From Hyaloraphidium curvatum SAG 235-1 (Eukaryota; Fungi; Monoblepharomycota), in contig JAIVFI010000044.1 of the NCBI GenBank assembly GCA_025558095.1, positions 1 to 64,000 of the forward strand: a DNA stretch of 64,000 bases. Direction: 5' to 3'. This document shows, in pieces, positions 45,741 through 55,809 of this stretch. The notes under the pieces were generated by a model, which had not been told where the DNA came from, did not search any database, and saw only the letters and a list, made by a program, of their open reading frames with translations. Within the stretch, counting starts at the first letter, position 1. Each line of letters opens with the position of its first letter. Position numbers and translations under genes: made by a program.

Positions 45741-46985
45741 ATGAGCACTCCTCGCAAAGGCACTCTGCCGGCCCTGTTTGCCGCGATGCGGGCCGCGCAG
45801 GAGGGAAGGGGCGCGTCCGCGGGACACGACGCCTCTTCGCGTCGCGGCGCGTCCCTCCGCTCCACCTCCGTCTCGCCGCCACCCACTCTTCCGCCGGAGA
45901 TTCTGGCGCACATTGGCACCTTTTCCAAATCGGGCACGAAGCTGCTTCTGGAGTTCGCGCTGGCCTCTCGGAACATGTACGAGCTTTTGGTGCCCCACCT
46001 CCACCGCGTCTTTCTTCCGCGCATGGACGTGATCCCGGCTGAGAAAAGGAGGCGCATTGCGAGCATCTGGGAGGAGAAGGGCCTTTTCCACCACGTAAGG
46101 CACCTTCACTTGGAAACCTGGAGCTACGAGAACGACAGCATCGATCTCGGAACCATCCTAAGCAAGGGTCTTCCCAACAAGCTCGCGTCGGTGCAGCTTC
46201 GTTTCGACGAAAGTGGCTGCCTCTACCGGTTCGCGGGCGCCGCAATCCCGCATCTAGCTTCCCTGGACCTGTGTTTCGCGCCCACGGACTGGCTGGACAG
46301 CATGCCCGATCTGCGCTTCGACTTCCCCTTCCTTCGCGAACTCACACTCCGCGAGTTTGTTCCGCACCAGCTGATCTCGGAGCTCGGCCCCGAGTCGTGC
46401 CCGAAGCTGCAGACCTTCAAGCTGGAGGTCGGCCAGGACAGGGTGCACCCGACCTTGGGGCCTTTCCTCCTTTCCAAGCTCAAATCCTGGACCGGCTTCA
46501 GCGAAGAAGACCTGCGCGTGCTGCTTGCGGATCCACTTTTCTCGCCCGAGCGCCTGGTGCTAGATGATGACGGCGACTGGGACCAGGCGAGCCCGAGCAG
46601 GGAAACATGGTCGGCGATCATGAAGCTGCCGTCGCTCGACATTGTCAGAGTGCCGGCTCTCGACGTGGCTCTACTGGCCGACTTCCCTCCGGGCTGGAAT
46701 GTGCGCCTTCTCGCCGTCGGAGAACTCCATCTTCGGCCCCTCGATCTCTTTAGAGCTGTGCGAGTGCAGCGCGTTCTCCTCTGCCCTTATTTGATTGTGA
46801 GAGTGGAGATCGGGTTCATCGAGCAACTTGAGGACGAGTTTTTCGATGGACCGACGGCGGAGGAGGCGTCGGAGCTGTTAGATCTGGTCGGTCTGCTCGA
46901 ATCTCGCGGGGCATACTTTGAAAGCTGGGTTGCCGAGGACGTCGAGAAGCTGAAAGAGATCGCGAGCACTCCGCAGGGCTTGTAA
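45741..46985 (+). CDS. F-box/LRR-like family copy C (intact, 414 aa)
   Basis: MSTPRKGTLPALFAAMRAAQ, PTLPPEILAHIGTF, LRELTL, SCPKLQ, PTAEEASELLDLVGLLESRG. Confidence 0.85.
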   Translation: MSTPRKGTLPALFAAMRAAQEGRGASAGHDASSRRGASLRSTSVSPPPTLPPEILAHIGTFSKSGTKLLLEFALASRNMYELLVPHLHRVFLPRMDVIPAEKRRRIASIWEEKGLFHHVRHLHLETWSYENDSIDLGTILSKGLPNKLASVQLRFDESGCLYRFAGAAIPHLASLDLCFAPTDWLDSMPDLRFDFPFLRELTLREFVPHQLISELGPESCPKLQTFKLEVGQDRVHPTLGPFLLSKLKSWTGFSEEDLRVLLADPLFSPERLVLDDDGDWDQASPSRETWSAIMKLPSLDIVRVPALDVALLADFPPGWNVRLLAVGELHLRPLDLFRAVRVQRVLLCPYLIVRVEIGFIEQLEDEFFDGPTAEEASELLDLVGLLESRGAYFESWVAEDVEKLKEIASTPQGL

Positions 46986-47022
46986 TTGCAGTTCGTTGAA
47001 TGCGAGGTTGTGATCGAAGCAG

Positions 47023-48549
47023 ATGCCGACCATTCGCGCGAAGCGCCGCGCCGCCCTTCCGGCGGCCGAGTCGCGTCGTGCCAAACGGCCGTCCTGCAGC
47101 TGTCGCCCGACATTGAATCTACACCCGAGGGTGAGCGCTGTTGGCCAAGCCGCCCTTCCCGCCCTCTTCGCCGCCATGCGGGCCGCCCAGGAAGCCCGCG
47201 GCGCGCCTGCAGAACCGGACGCGTCCGCGGCCGTGCCCCGACGTCCGCGGAACCTCCCGCGGGTTGCCTTGGCACCCATTCGCAACCTTCGCCAGCGCAC
47301 CCTGCCGGAACTCTTTGCCGCCATGCGGACCGCCTCGGAAGGCAAAGGCGGCCCCGTGAAACCCGACGCCTCCTCCCGCCATGACTCGTCCGCCGCCCAA
47401 TCCGCCGCTACCGAGCCTCTGCCGATCCTCCCGCCGGAGATTCTCGCGCAAATTGGGACGTTCCTGCCGTCCGGGACGAGGTCGCTGCTCCAGTTCGCGC
47501 GCTCTTGTCGATGCCTCTACGAGCTGATGGTTCCGCACCTGCACCGCGTCTTTCTGCCGAACCCGGACTCGATGTGCAGCGAGAAGCTGGAGCGCGTCAC
47601 GAAGCTTTGGGAGAGGAAGCGCCGTTTTGAGCACGTGAGGCACCTTTGCTTGGCGAAGCTAAACACTTGGAGGAGCAGTGGCCTTGACGTCGATCTCGAA
47701 GTGATCCTGGGAGCATGCTCGAGAGCGACGACAGCGAAGATTGCGTTGAAAGAGATGAACCGTCTGTATCAGCTTGCTGCCGCCAAGCTTCCGCACCTGT
47801 ATCGACTGGACCCGCACATGACCACGGACGATTGGGACCGAGGCGGGCCTGACCTGCGATTCAACCTCCCGTTGCTGGGCGAGCTCACTCTGCGTGGCTA
47901 CATTTCGGAACGGCTGATCATCGGATTCGGACCGGAATCGTGCCCAAAGCTGGAGATCGCCCACATCGACCTTCCCGACGACGACGAATGGGAACGCCCG
48001 CGCGTGCCAACCTTTCTCATCCCCAAGATCAAGTCCTGGAAAAGTGCAGCGGACGATGAAGCTCTGGGCGAACTCTTGGAGGATGACAGCTTTGCTCCGG
48101 TGCGCCTGGTACTTGAGGATCACGACGATTTGGGTGACGAGCACTACTTCCCGCGCGTTGACCGGGATATGTGGTCCGCCATCTTGACGCTCCCCTCGCT
48201 CAGGAGTCTTGAGGTAGCCTGCCTCGGAGTAGGCTTGCTGACCGACTTCGAACCGGGCGTGAATCTCCGTCTTCTGGCCATACGGGAGCTACATCTCTTC
48301 CCTCTCGCAGTTTGCGATGCTCCCGAGGTCTACCGCGCTTTCTTCTCCCGGTCCTTGACCATACGAGTGGGGCGCGTGTACATGGAGGACTTCGACGACG
48401 GTAACTACGACCCACCGACCGCTGAGGAGGTGTCGGAGCTGCTCGATCTGGTGGCATTGCTCGGATTCCGCGGAGTCAAATTCGAAGATTGGGCTGCTGA
48501 AGCAGTTGATCAACTGAAGGGGATCGCGGAGGATCTGCGAGAGCTGTAG
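47023..48549 (+). CDS. F-box/LRR-like family copy D (open frame, duplicated N-terminal motif)
   Basis: QAALPALFAAMRAAQE and QRTLPELFAAMRTASE precede PILPPEILAQIGTF. The position homologous to the paralog ATG is GTG (47131), so the start is uncertain. Confidence 0.8.
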   Translation: MPTIRAKRRAALPAAESRRAKRPSCSCRPTLNLHPRVSAVGQAALPALFAAMRAAQEARGAPAEPDASAAVPRRPRNLPRVALAPIRNLRQRTLPELFAAMRTASEGKGGPVKPDASSRHDSSAAQSAATEPLPILPPEILAQIGTFLPSGTRSLLQFARSCRCLYELMVPHLHRVFLPNPDSMCSEKLERVTKLWERKRRFEHVRHLCLAKLNTWRSSGLDVDLEVILGACSRATTAKIALKEMNRLYQLAAAKLPHLYRLDPHMTTDDWDRGGPDLRFNLPLLGELTLRGYISERLIIGFGPESCPKLEIAHIDLPDDDEWERPRVPTFLIPKIKSWKSAADDEALGELLEDDSFAPVRLVLEDHDDLGDEHYFPRVDRDMWSAILTLPSLRSLEVACLGVGLLTDFEPGVNLRLLAIRELHLFPLAVCDAPEVYRAFFSRSLTIRVGRVYMEDFDDGNYDPPTAEEVSELLDLVALLGFRGVKFEDWAAEAVDQLKGIAEDLREL

Positions 48550-48672
48550 TTCGACGGCGATCTCCCTACGTTGAATGTCCCTGACGCGGGCGGCGGCGAT
48601 CGCCCTCGCGGTCGCGCAAATCGTCCAGCTGAGCCCCCAATCACAACTCTGCAGCCCATCACACCGCGCCCA

Positions 48673-49917
48673 ATGATGACCACGTATCGCCAAGGTACCA
48701 TTGCGGCCCTCTTCGCAGCCATGCGGGCCGCCGAGGAATCCCGCGGCGCGTCCGCGGGGCGAGACACGTCATCGTGAAGCGAGTCGGATCTCTCCCTTCC
48801 TGCTGCCGTCGAAGCCCTGCCGACCCTTCCGCCGGAGATTCTCGCGCACATTGGCACGTTCTTCGAGCCCCGGCACCAAGTCTCTGCTGGAATTCGCGCT
48901 CGTCTGCCGTGACCTCTTCGAGATTCTCGTGCCGCACGTGCACCGCGTCTTCATTCCGTACTCATCCGCGGTGCTTACCCGGGAGAGCATGGCGAGGATT
49001 GCGGGACTTTGGGACAGAAATGACCGGTTTCAGCACGTGCGTCGCCTTCGCTTGAACACGTGGAACAACGGGCGGCCGATTTCGATCTCGAAAGCATCCT
49101 GCGGGCGACCTCCGGCGCCAGATCGGCTTATCTTCATTTCGCGGAAGTCAGTCGGGTTTCGCCAGTTTGCCGGGGCTTCCCTTCCGAACATCACGCGCCT
49201 TGATCTACGCTTCGCTCTGGGCACTTGGATGGATGACAAGACGAACCCGGCCTGCGCTTTGACTTTCCTCTGTTCCGCAAGCTCACTCTTCGGGACTTTT
49301 GCCCAGAGCATTTGATGGCGGGATTCGGCCCGGAATCGTGCCCGAAGCTGGAGATCGTCCATCTTTGCTTCGAAGACTGGCTGCCCCCGTCTCTGCCGCA
49401 GTTTCTCGTTCCCAAGGTCAAATCCTGGTACAGAAAGGACTTGGGAGGTCTACTCGTGCTCTCAGTAGATCCTCTTTTCGCTCCCGAGCGCGCGGTGGTT
49501 GAGCCAGAACGAGATTTCGGCTGGCATCCGTATCCGGAGAGCTTGAGGAGGGAAACGTGGTCGATGATCTCCAAGCTCCCGTCGCTGAAGAGTCTCGAGG
49601 TGCCGTGCCTCAACCTGAACCTGCTGGCCGACTTTCCTCCCGGGACGAATGCTAGCCTTCTCGTCATTCGGAAGCTCCGCTTTCGGCCCCTCTCCCTCTT
49701 CCAAGCTGCTCGCGTGGACCGAATGTTCCGATCGCGCTCCTTGAACGTACAAGTGCTGAACATTGACATTGATGTCCACGCCGTGCATCCGCCTACCGCA
49801 GAGGAGGCTTTGCTGCTGCTCGATCTGATCGCGTTGCTTGAATCGCGCGGGCTCCAACTGGGCAGCTTGGATGCCGAGGAAGTTGAAAAGCTGAAGGAGA
49901 TTGCGGAGGAACTGTAA
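48673..49917 (+). pseudogene. F-box/LRR-like family copy E (stop at 48775 and several frameshifts)
   Basis: MMTTYRQGTIAALFAAMRAAEE..SS*; homology continues across shifting frames to EEVEKLKEIAEEL*. Confidence 0.85.
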
Positions 49918-50023
49918 ATACAAGCGATCTCTCTAACGTCCTCGCGTCGGTGGGTCCAGCCGCATGGCCGGCTCGGAGCACGCAGCACGCAATCTCCACC
50001 GCGTCTCCCTCCCCATCGCGGCC

Positions 50024-51265
50024 ATGAAATTCGCCGTCTACGGCGCCGGCGCCATCGGTGCATTCACCGGCCTCGTCCTCGCGCGCCCGCCGAACGAGGT
50101 GCTCCTCGTCGGCCGGCAGAAGCTCCTCGACGAGGCCGCGGCCGCGGGCGGGTTCACCGCCGGCCGCAAGACCGGGGACGTCAAGATCCCGCTCTTGGAC
50201 GTGAAATTGGCGACGGATGCCAAGTCGATCGCGGATTTCGGTCCCGACGTGGTATTGATGGCCGTCAAGTCGGACGGCACCCGCAGCGCGTGCTCCGATT
50301 TGAACGATGCCTATGCGGGAAGGCCGGCAGACAGGAAGACGACCGTTGTGTCCCTCCAGAACGGCACGTCGAACCCGGCGGTGATGCGGGAGGTCCTCGA
50401 CCCCGCAAGGTTCGCCGTGCTGGGCGGGATGGTTGGATTCAACGCCATTGTGCTGCCCGGGGCGACGTTCACCGAGACCACGCCGGCTAAGATCGTGGTT
50501 GAGGACTTGCCGACTGGTGGGGCAACCGCGGCGGAGATCGTGAAGGCGATGCAGGAGGCCGGGATTGAGGCGGCCGCGGAGCCTCCCGCCGAATTCGCCA
50601 GGTGGGTCCTTTCGCGACTCGTACTAAAGCCTTTGATCCACATTTGATTCCGCTTGCCTCCCAGCATCGTCTATGGCAAGCTTGTCACGAACCTCGGCAA
50701 CGCCGTCAACGCCCTCGGCTCGGTCCCCATCGTCTCGATGCTCTCTGACCGCTCCTTCCGCCGCGTGCTCGCCCAAACCCAGCGCGAGGCCCTCGCCGTC
50801 CTCGCCGCTCATGGCATCACGCCGCGCAGCGGCATGGGCCGCCTCCCGGCGTGGCTCGCGCCGATGGTCCTGGAGCTCCCCGACGCCGTCTCGCGGGTCC
50901 TCATGGGCCCGCAGCTGCGGTTCCATCCCGAGGCGGTGTCGTCGATGCTGGACGACATGCGGCAGGGACGGATGACCGAGGTGGGCCACCTGACGGGGCG
51001 GATCGTAGAAATGGCGGGGGAGGTCGAGCCCAAAGTGCCGGTGCCGTTCAACGCGCTGTGCCTGAGGCTAGTGAGGGAGTGGGAGGCGACGGACAGGAAG
51101 AAGGTGCCGCGGATCCCGGGGCCGGAGCTGTGGAGGATGGGAGTGGAAGAGGCGAGGAAGCAAGGGATTGAGCTCGAGGGGTGGAGGCCGGGTGTGGGGA
51201 CTTTGGCAGTCACGGCAACGGCCGCGGGGGCTGCGTACCTGGCGTGGAAGGTCGCGCGCCGTTGA
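50024..51265 (+). CDS. panE: Ketopantoate reductase (PanE/ApbA family) with C-terminal hydrophobic anchor
   Basis: AVYGAGAIG, MAVKS, SLQNG, YGKLVTNLGNAVNAL, SSMLDDMRQGRMTEV. One intron from 50602. Confidence 0.85.
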
Positions 51266-51333
51266 TTTCTTTGCTGCTGGCTTTTGTCTTTTGAGCTGCT
51301 GATCTATACAGACACTTTAAGATTGCCTTTACA

Positions 51334-52378
51334 TCACAGCTTGGGCAGGGAGGCCTTGGTCTCGTCCAGCTGGCCGCGCTTCTCGAGGACCTTGTGGAAG
51401 ACGCGCAGGGCTTCGATCGACCGCGGGAAGCCGATGTAGGAAATGAGGTTGTAGGCCATACCGACGAGCTTCTCGGGGGTGATTCCGTTGTTGAGAGCTG
51501 GAACTGGGGTGATCAGCACCAAGTAATCTTTCGCGTTCTGGCGAATAGCCCACCAGTGTGAGCGTGAACCTCGAGCTCGTGCGGGTTGGTGCCCAGGGTC
51601 ATGAGGGCGGCGACGACTGTCATGGAGCGCTGGGCGTCGGTGATGCCTGGGATGTTGTAGTGCGGGCCGAAGAAGACGTGGAGCAGGCCCCAGAGGTCCT
51701 TGCCGGCGGCGCTGACGTCGGGCAGGGAGGCGTGGCCAACGCCGGCCTTGAAGGGCTCGCCCCGCTCACGCAGCTCGCTGACTGCGAGCAGAACGGGTGA
51801 GAAAGGCGAATGGTCACTGAGCCTGCGTTGGGATCCCTACTCTTGGCCTGGCCGCGCTTCATGAGCGCGACGATGGGGTCCAGCTTCTCCTCGCCCTCCT
51901 GCTTGCCCAGGAACCCGGTCCACCCCTCGCGGGCCTCGTCCTCCTGCCCGCGGCTCTCGAGCACCTTCTGCACGACCTTGAGCCCGTTGATCGCCCGCGG
52001 GAAGCCGACGTATCCGACGGTCGACAGCGCCAGGGCGACCAGCTCGCGCGGCGTCATGCCAACGTTGAGCGCCGTGTGCGCGTGCACCTCGAGCTCCTCG
52101 GGCGCGGCGCCCTGCACGATCAGCGCCGTGACGATGCAGCGCGAGCGCTCGACGTCCTCCAGCGAGCCGTGGTAGAACACCGCCGTCATGATCTCGAGCA
52201 GCGGCAGCAGATCGGGCGCGATGTTGTGCACGGCGTTGAGCGCGGTGCGGTTGGCGGGCGTGCCCATGCCGGCCGGAGCGTTGGCGGCCTTTGCCTTGGC
52301 GGCGAAGGACTCGCGGACCTTCTTGTTGCTGATCTTGGAGATGCCCTCGAAGACGGGGTCCTTGGGCGGAGGGGCCAT
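51334..52378 (-). CDS. Double-domain carboxymuconolactone decarboxylase (CMD/AhpD-like) protein
   Basis: Two units: ELEVHAHTALNVGMTPREL..YVGFPRAINGL and ELEVHAHT|ALNNGITPEKL..YIGFPRSIEAL. Two introns; start uncertain because an acceptor-like ctaacag lies at about 52406. Confidence 0.82.
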
Positions 52379-52455
52379 CTTGCGCTCGAAGCTGATCTTC
52401 TGCACCTGTTAGACGCGCTCTCGGCCGTGGGAGGCAGTTGGAAGGAGCCTCGATC

Positions 52456-52479
52456 CCTTGTTGACTTGTTGACTTGTTG
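52456..52479. repeat. Short tandem repeat (CTTGTTGA)x3 in the divergent promoter
   Basis: ccttgttgacttgttgacttgttg. Confidence 0.6.
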
Positions 52480-52506
52480 CCCCCCCGAACAGCATCGCAA
52501 TCTACA

Positions 52507-53385
52507 ATGGGCGTCGAGCCTGCAGGGCACTATCTGGAGGTGTCTCCGGGGGTGGAAATCTACTACGAGGACCACGGACCGCGCAGTTCCCCCGTTATCG
52601 TGCTCATCCCGGGGTGGACCTTCACCACCGAAGTCTTCGTCCACCAAATCGCGCACTTTGCCCCCTCGCACCGCGTCGTCGTCGTCGACCCGCGCAGCCA
52701 GGGCCGATCTTGCAAAACCCCGCACGGCAACGACTTCGAGACACGCGGGGCGGACCTGACCGCGGTGTTCTCTGCGCTCGGGCTGCGCGATGCGGTGCTG
52801 GTAGGCTGGTCCACGGGCTCCTTGGACGCACTGGGGTTTGTTCGCAAGGCCGGAACAGGGCTGATCAGGGCATTTGTGGGAATCGACATGTCGCCCAAGC
52901 CCATGTCGACCAAGGAAGCGGACGACTGGGTCGAAGGCACGCTCGCGGAGCTCTCGGAAGCGTACCGGGCCCTTAGAACCCCGGCAGGCCACCGCGAGTT
53001 CGTCGCCGCCTACGCCAAGGACGTGATGGTGCAGCGCCCGCTTACGCCGGCGGAGCTGGACTGGATCCTGCGGCAGTCGCTCACCACCCCGACCCACTTC
53101 GCCACGGCGATCTACGCCTCCGCCCTGTTTTCCGATTTCTCCGCTGAGCTTCGCGCCGCTTCGGCGGCGGTGCCAACGCTCTACGTGGTTTCGGAGCATT
53201 GGGCCGACCAGGCGACGGGGTACCTAAGGCACGAGTTCCCGAAAGTGCGGACCGAGGTGCTAGGGGGGCACATGATGTTCTGGGAGTACCCGGGAAAGTT
53301 CAACGCGGCGCTGGAGAAGTTCATCGCCGGGGTGGACGAGGCGAGGAAGCCGCAGAGGAGGGGGTTGGGGCTGCTTTGGCGCTGA
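52507..53385 (+). CDS. Alpha/beta hydrolase (non-heme haloperoxidase/arylesterase-like), bacterial type, intronless
   Basis: IYYEDHG, LIPGW, DPRSQGRS, nucleophile elbow GWSTG, GGHMMFWE. Confidence 0.9.
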   Translation: MGVEPAGHYLEVSPGVEIYYEDHGPRSSPVIVLIPGWTFTTEVFVHQIAHFAPSHRVVVVDPRSQGRSCKTPHGNDFETRGADLTAVFSALGLRDAVLVGWSTGSLDALGFVRKAGTGLIRAFVGIDMSPKPMSTKEADDWVEGTLAELSEAYRALRTPAGHREFVAAYAKDVMVQRPLTPAELDWILRQSLTTPTHFATAIYASALFSDFSAELRAASAAVPTLYVVSEHWADQATGYLRHEFPKVRTEVLGGHMMFWEYPGKFNAALEKFIAGVDEARKPQRRGLGLLWR

Positions 53386-53704
53386 AAGTATTTGATGCAA
53401 GCCCAAAGAGGTACGGGTCTGTTCCGATGTTCGCAACGATAGGCACGATGTGACGTCAATCGTACCGTCGTACCGTCGGCGCCAAAATTGACGCAGATGT
53501 ACCTCCGTTGTCGCTAATCAGACAAGTTCGAACTGGAGCTTTCCGTTGCTGCTCCACATTCGGAGGCAGTGCTTTGTCGACTGACTCTGACTTCGCGCAA
53601 ACGTGCAGCCGGTCCTCCGTCGATGAGACCCGACTTTCGGGCAGGACAAACGTTTCAAGCCCACACAAATACGCTCTACTGGACAACAGCCCCCGAACAA
53701 GGAA

Positions 53705-55779
53705 TCATCGCCTGCAGTAGCAGCTGACCTTGACGTCCACGTCCGTCTCCCGCACCTTGCGCTCCACCTTCCTCCTCACCTCCTCCGTCTCGCCGGGGTA
53801 GAGCTCCGCTTTGGGCCCCAGGGTCTCCAGGCACTCGAGCAGGCCGCGCAGGCTCCAGATGTTGTCTGCAAGGGGCGGTCAGCGAGTCGAAGGGAGGCGA
53901 TCGGGGCGACACGCACCGGGGTGCTTGCACGGGGCCATGTCCGCGCGGTAGATAGGCATCGCCTGCTCGGCGCGGCCGGCGGCCAGAAGAAGGGCACCGA
54001 GCGCGTGCCGAGCTGGCGTCATCCACCCCCAAGGTTCCTGTCCAGGGACGGTCAGCCCGAACAAAGCGCGCTACCGCACGCCAGGCCAACGCACCATGTA
54101 GTTCAGCCCGTCGTCGAGCTCCACCGCCTTCCTGAGGTGATCGAAGCACGTGTCGTACCTCCCCTCCCGGAACTGTATCTCGCCCTCGAGCATCTCCTCG
54201 GCGATGGCGAGGATAGCGTCCACCGAGACCTGGAAGTGCATCCTCGTCTTTGGCACCGCCGCCCTCGCGGCGCGGAACAGCGCCTGCTCCTCCCTCGCCC
54301 CCGCAACGTCACCCAGCGCGGCCTTGGCGATCCCGCGGGCGTAACGGAGTGAGGCGGTGGTGGCGCAGTAGACCTCGGGGTCCTCGGGGAAGGGGAGCTC
54401 GAGGATCTCGCGGAACTTGCCGAAGCGGATCAGCACGTGGATGGTCAGGGGCACGTAGGATTCGAGCTGGTCCGCCCAGGCGCGGACGGCCTTGTCGGTG
54501 CAGAGGGCGAGCATCGATTGGCCGTAGTTGAAGGAGAGCGAGAAGTTGGCCTGAAACATGGCCGCGTAGATGAGGAGGTGGAGGTCGTGGATCTTTCACG
54601 AACGAAGACAGGAATCAGGACATGGCAACGCGCGAGCCATGCGGTCCAACCCACGATGTAGAGGGTGTAGAAGGTGGTGCTGTCGTGCTTCAGGAACCTT
54701 TGGTCCGCCTCCCAGGCCAGGATGTTGGCATCGACCGCCTCCTTGTACCTGCCCGTGAGCACGTCGAGGTGACTCGGCATGTGCAGCAGGTGCCCCGCGC
54801 CGCCGACGGTGGCGGTCCGCATCCACTGCGCGAGCTCGAGCCCCTCCTCGGGCGTCGGGCTCATCTCCCACACGTGGATCCAGAAGTGCACCAGGCCCGT
54901 GTGCACCTTGTTCCGCGGGTCGTCGTTGAAGGCCCGGGTGAGGATGCCGAGGATGTGCGCGGTCAGGTCGGGGATCTTGTCGGCCTTCTGCACGTGGACG
55001 TAGTCGTCCGGCGGCGTGGCGACGTAGGGCCACAATTTCCACGGGGAGAGCTGCATGTGCGCCTCGGCGGTGAGGGACGCGATCTCGGGGTCGTGGGTCG
55101 ACGGGTAGAGCTCGTCGTAGACCGCTTGCATGGCCGCGGCGTACTGCACGCGAGACAGTCAACATCTGAGGCGCAATACCCCACGGCAAAACCACCCACG
55201 GCCTTGTCGAGTATCTCGCGGCCCTCCTTGTCCTTCCTCACGACCTCGGGCCTCCCCTCGACGACATGCCGCTTCAGCATCGCCGCGCAGACCTTCATCT
55301 CCCACTCCGACCCACACGCCTGAGCCACCTCCACGGCACGCACCGCCGCCCGGCGCGACGTCTCGTCCTCGGGCTCCAGGCAGATGGGCTTGTTGTAGTT
55401 CGGGCTCGACGTGTAGGCCAGGCCCCACCAGGCCATCGGGCACCCGTCGGGGTCCGAGTCGATGGCCTTCTGGAAACAGGCCTTGGCCTCATCGTGGTTG
55501 AAGCCGTAGGACCAACCAAGGCCCCTGGGGAGGTGCACGGAGTGAGCCCGGTGGGGTGACTAAGCAACCGTCCGGCGAAAGGCACCTGTTCAACCACCGC
55601 AGGGTCGCGTTCGTCTCGAGCGGCCCGCCGTCCGAAGTTGTAAAATCGCTGCGCACGTAGTCGGCCAGGAGCGACGGCAGCGAAAAGGGGTAGCCGTCCG
55701 GTTCCGAGGTCGCGGCCAGGGAGCCGTTCCCGTTGACCGCCAGGTCGGGCACCGCCGTTTCACACGACGCGCACGCCAT
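53705..55779 (-). CDS. TPR-domain protein of a conserved bacterial/fungal family, multi-exon
   Basis: GLGWSYGFNHDEAKACF..MAWWGLAY..PNYN, HFWIHVWEMS, AGHLLHMPSH, EPWGWMTPARHALGALLL, DNIWSLRG; ends SCYCRR*. Confidence 0.85.
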
Positions 55780-55809
55780 TGGGCCAAAGTTGGCAGAATA
55801 AAGAGACGT

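Noticed and set aside
45600-49930. Shared 8-mer AAGCGATC flanking the F-box array as a possible TSD
   Set aside because: Too short, and no terminal repeats or poly(A); chance or tandem-duplication residue is as likely.
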